From contig JAEOTC010000037.1 of assembly GCA_016840035.1 (NCBI GenBank), positions 1-18,264 on the forward strand: a DNA stretch of 18,264 bases, read 5' to 3'. The translations under genes were made by a program, and so were the position numbers. Of the stretch, positions 17,334-18,264 are shown one piece after another; position 1 is the first letter of the stretch, and each line of letters begins with the position of its first letter. The notes under the pieces were generated by a model that had not been told where the DNA came from, did not search any database, and saw only the letters and a list, made by a program, of their open reading frames with translations. This DNA comes from Candidatus Hodarchaeota archaeon. Lineage in GTDB: Archaea > Asgardarchaeota > Heimdallarchaeia > Hodarchaeales > Hodarchaeaceae.

Positions 17334-17392
17334 TAGAGAAAAGGGAGGGAAGGCAGAGCGGGTCCGAAACCCTTACGTACCCCTCTACGGGG
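17334..17392 (+). repeat. Dispersed intergenic repeat, copy F (5' half)
   Basis: TAGAGAAAAGGGAGGGAAGGCAGAGCGGGTCCGAAAC aligns with the first ~37 nt of copies A/C/E. Starts 10 nt after the vapC remnant stop. Confidence 0.78.
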
Positions 17393-17585
17393 TTCAATTA
17401 TTGTATTACAACTAAATTCCTCCATGAAAGAAGAGCCTTTATAAGAAAAAAAACCATTAAAAAACGACTTATGGAGAGAAAGAAAAAATGAAAAATGGGT
17501 CTTTTAAGAGGGGATTAAGTGAGGCAGGAGTACTTTCTTTCCTACTTCCTTTCAGAGGAGGGGGTTAATCATACCAAAACGAAAA

Positions 17586-18264
17586 ATGATTCCCGTCCTA
17601 GCTATTCTAATGTTGGGGTGTTTAATTAATTCTAACGACCTAGCATTAGGGGAGAAAGTACCAAGAATAGGGGAAAACCTGAGCATTCATCAAACAAGTA
17701 ATGAACCAATACAAATTCACAGCAATAAGGAATTTCGGGAACAAGCAATTAGTAATAATTGGATCGGAGAGGGAAGTATAGAAAATCCCTATGTAATAAC
17801 AGGATTAAGAATTGAGGGCCCCTCATTCCAATCTATCACATATGATCTACTGGATATAAGGAATACCACAGTCAATTTTGAGATAAGAGACTGCGTGTTA
17901 GTAAATGGCCGATGGGGAATACATTTAGATGAAGTGAAAAATGGAAAAATCATCACGAGCACTATCAAAAAAAGTAGTGGAGCGGGGATTGTGATCAGGA
18001 ACTCTGAATTGATAATTCTAGAAGTCAATATAGTCTCATCAAACGGGGGAGCGGGAATTTTTCTGGAGAGGTCAAATCAAATCCAAGTGAAGAACAATAC
18101 TATTACTACGAATGGAGCAACAGGGGTAGTACTTTATACAGTGGAGCACTGTCTTCTGAATTACAATCAAATTATCAGTAATATGTGGAGTGGAATAACA
18201 ATCCATGATTCAAACTCTATTTTGGTATGTCACAATACATTGGCTCACAACGGGGAGTACGGCC
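17586..18264 (+). CDS. Secreted right-handed parallel beta-helix (NosD-like) protein, 3'-truncated (not in ORF track)
   Basis: Open frame to the window end: MIPVLAILMLGCLINS...EPIQIHSNKEFREQAISNNWIGEGSIENPYVITGLRI...LLDIRNTTVNFEIRDC...GIHLDEVKNGKI...GIFLERSNQIQVKNNTI. Paralogous to the beta-helix part of 14468-17158. Confidence 0.88.
   Translation, partial: MIPVLAILMLGCLINSNDLALGEKVPRIGENLSIHQTSNEPIQIHSNKEFREQAISNNWIGEGSIENPYVITGLRIEGPSFQSITYDLLDIRNTTVNFEIRDCVLVNGRWGIHLDEVKNGKIITSTIKKSSGAGIVIRNSELIILEVNIVSSNGGAGIFLERSNQIQVKNNTITTNGATGVVLYTVEHCLLNYNQIISNMWSGITIHDSNSILVCHNTLAHNGEYG

Noticed and set aside
17360-17372. GGG-TCCGAAA-CCC looks like a tRNA T-arm
   Set aside because: No acceptor, D or anticodon arms can be folded around it. 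It is part of repeat copy F.
3571-17392. Repeat family as a CRISPR array or canonical attC sites
   Set aside because: Copies are separated by whole genes (0.7-5.8 kb), not 30-45-nt spacers. The RYYYAAC/GTTRRRY core sites are absent and no cas or integrase gene is in the window.
404-18028. Remaining short track ORFs (e.g. 404-664, 738-1034, 2208-2429, 3694-3960, 6591-6791, 8322-8507, 10378-10707, 14144-14386, 16123-16353, 17789-18028)
   Set aside because: They are antisense or alternate-frame shadows of well-supported genes, or they run through repeats and promoters. None has recognisable motifs or looks like a RiPP precursor.

Overview
AT-rich, archaeal-looking accessory region. TATA-box promoters, archaeal VapB/VapC pairs and beta-helix surface proteins with the W-x-G-x-G-(T/S)-x-x-NPY signature suggest an Asgard/Heimdallarchaeia-type host; this is an inference. 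The left end is a tightly coupled three-gene operon: a 5'-truncated DUF2207-like single-pass membrane protein ending in GGGG-CACACAG-CACACAG-GGR, a PqqD/RRE-radical SAM-SPASM enzyme, and a class I SAM methyltransferase. This is a candidate RiPP-like system that modifies the tail of a large membrane protein. The rest holds an anchored (alpha/alpha)6-barrel protein, a NYN-LOTUS nuclease, two vapBC modules, a DUF2339-like polytopic membrane protein, two other membrane proteins (one a 52-aa ORF missing from the track), a double zinc ribbon protein, two beta-helix surface proteins and a vapC 3' remnant. Six (possibly seven) same-orientation copies of an unannotated 80-130 bp hairpin-forming intergenic repeat punctuate these modules like cassette boundaries. 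No rRNA, tRNA, CRISPR array, transposase or integrase was recognised. Family calls come from motif recognition by eye, not database searches.
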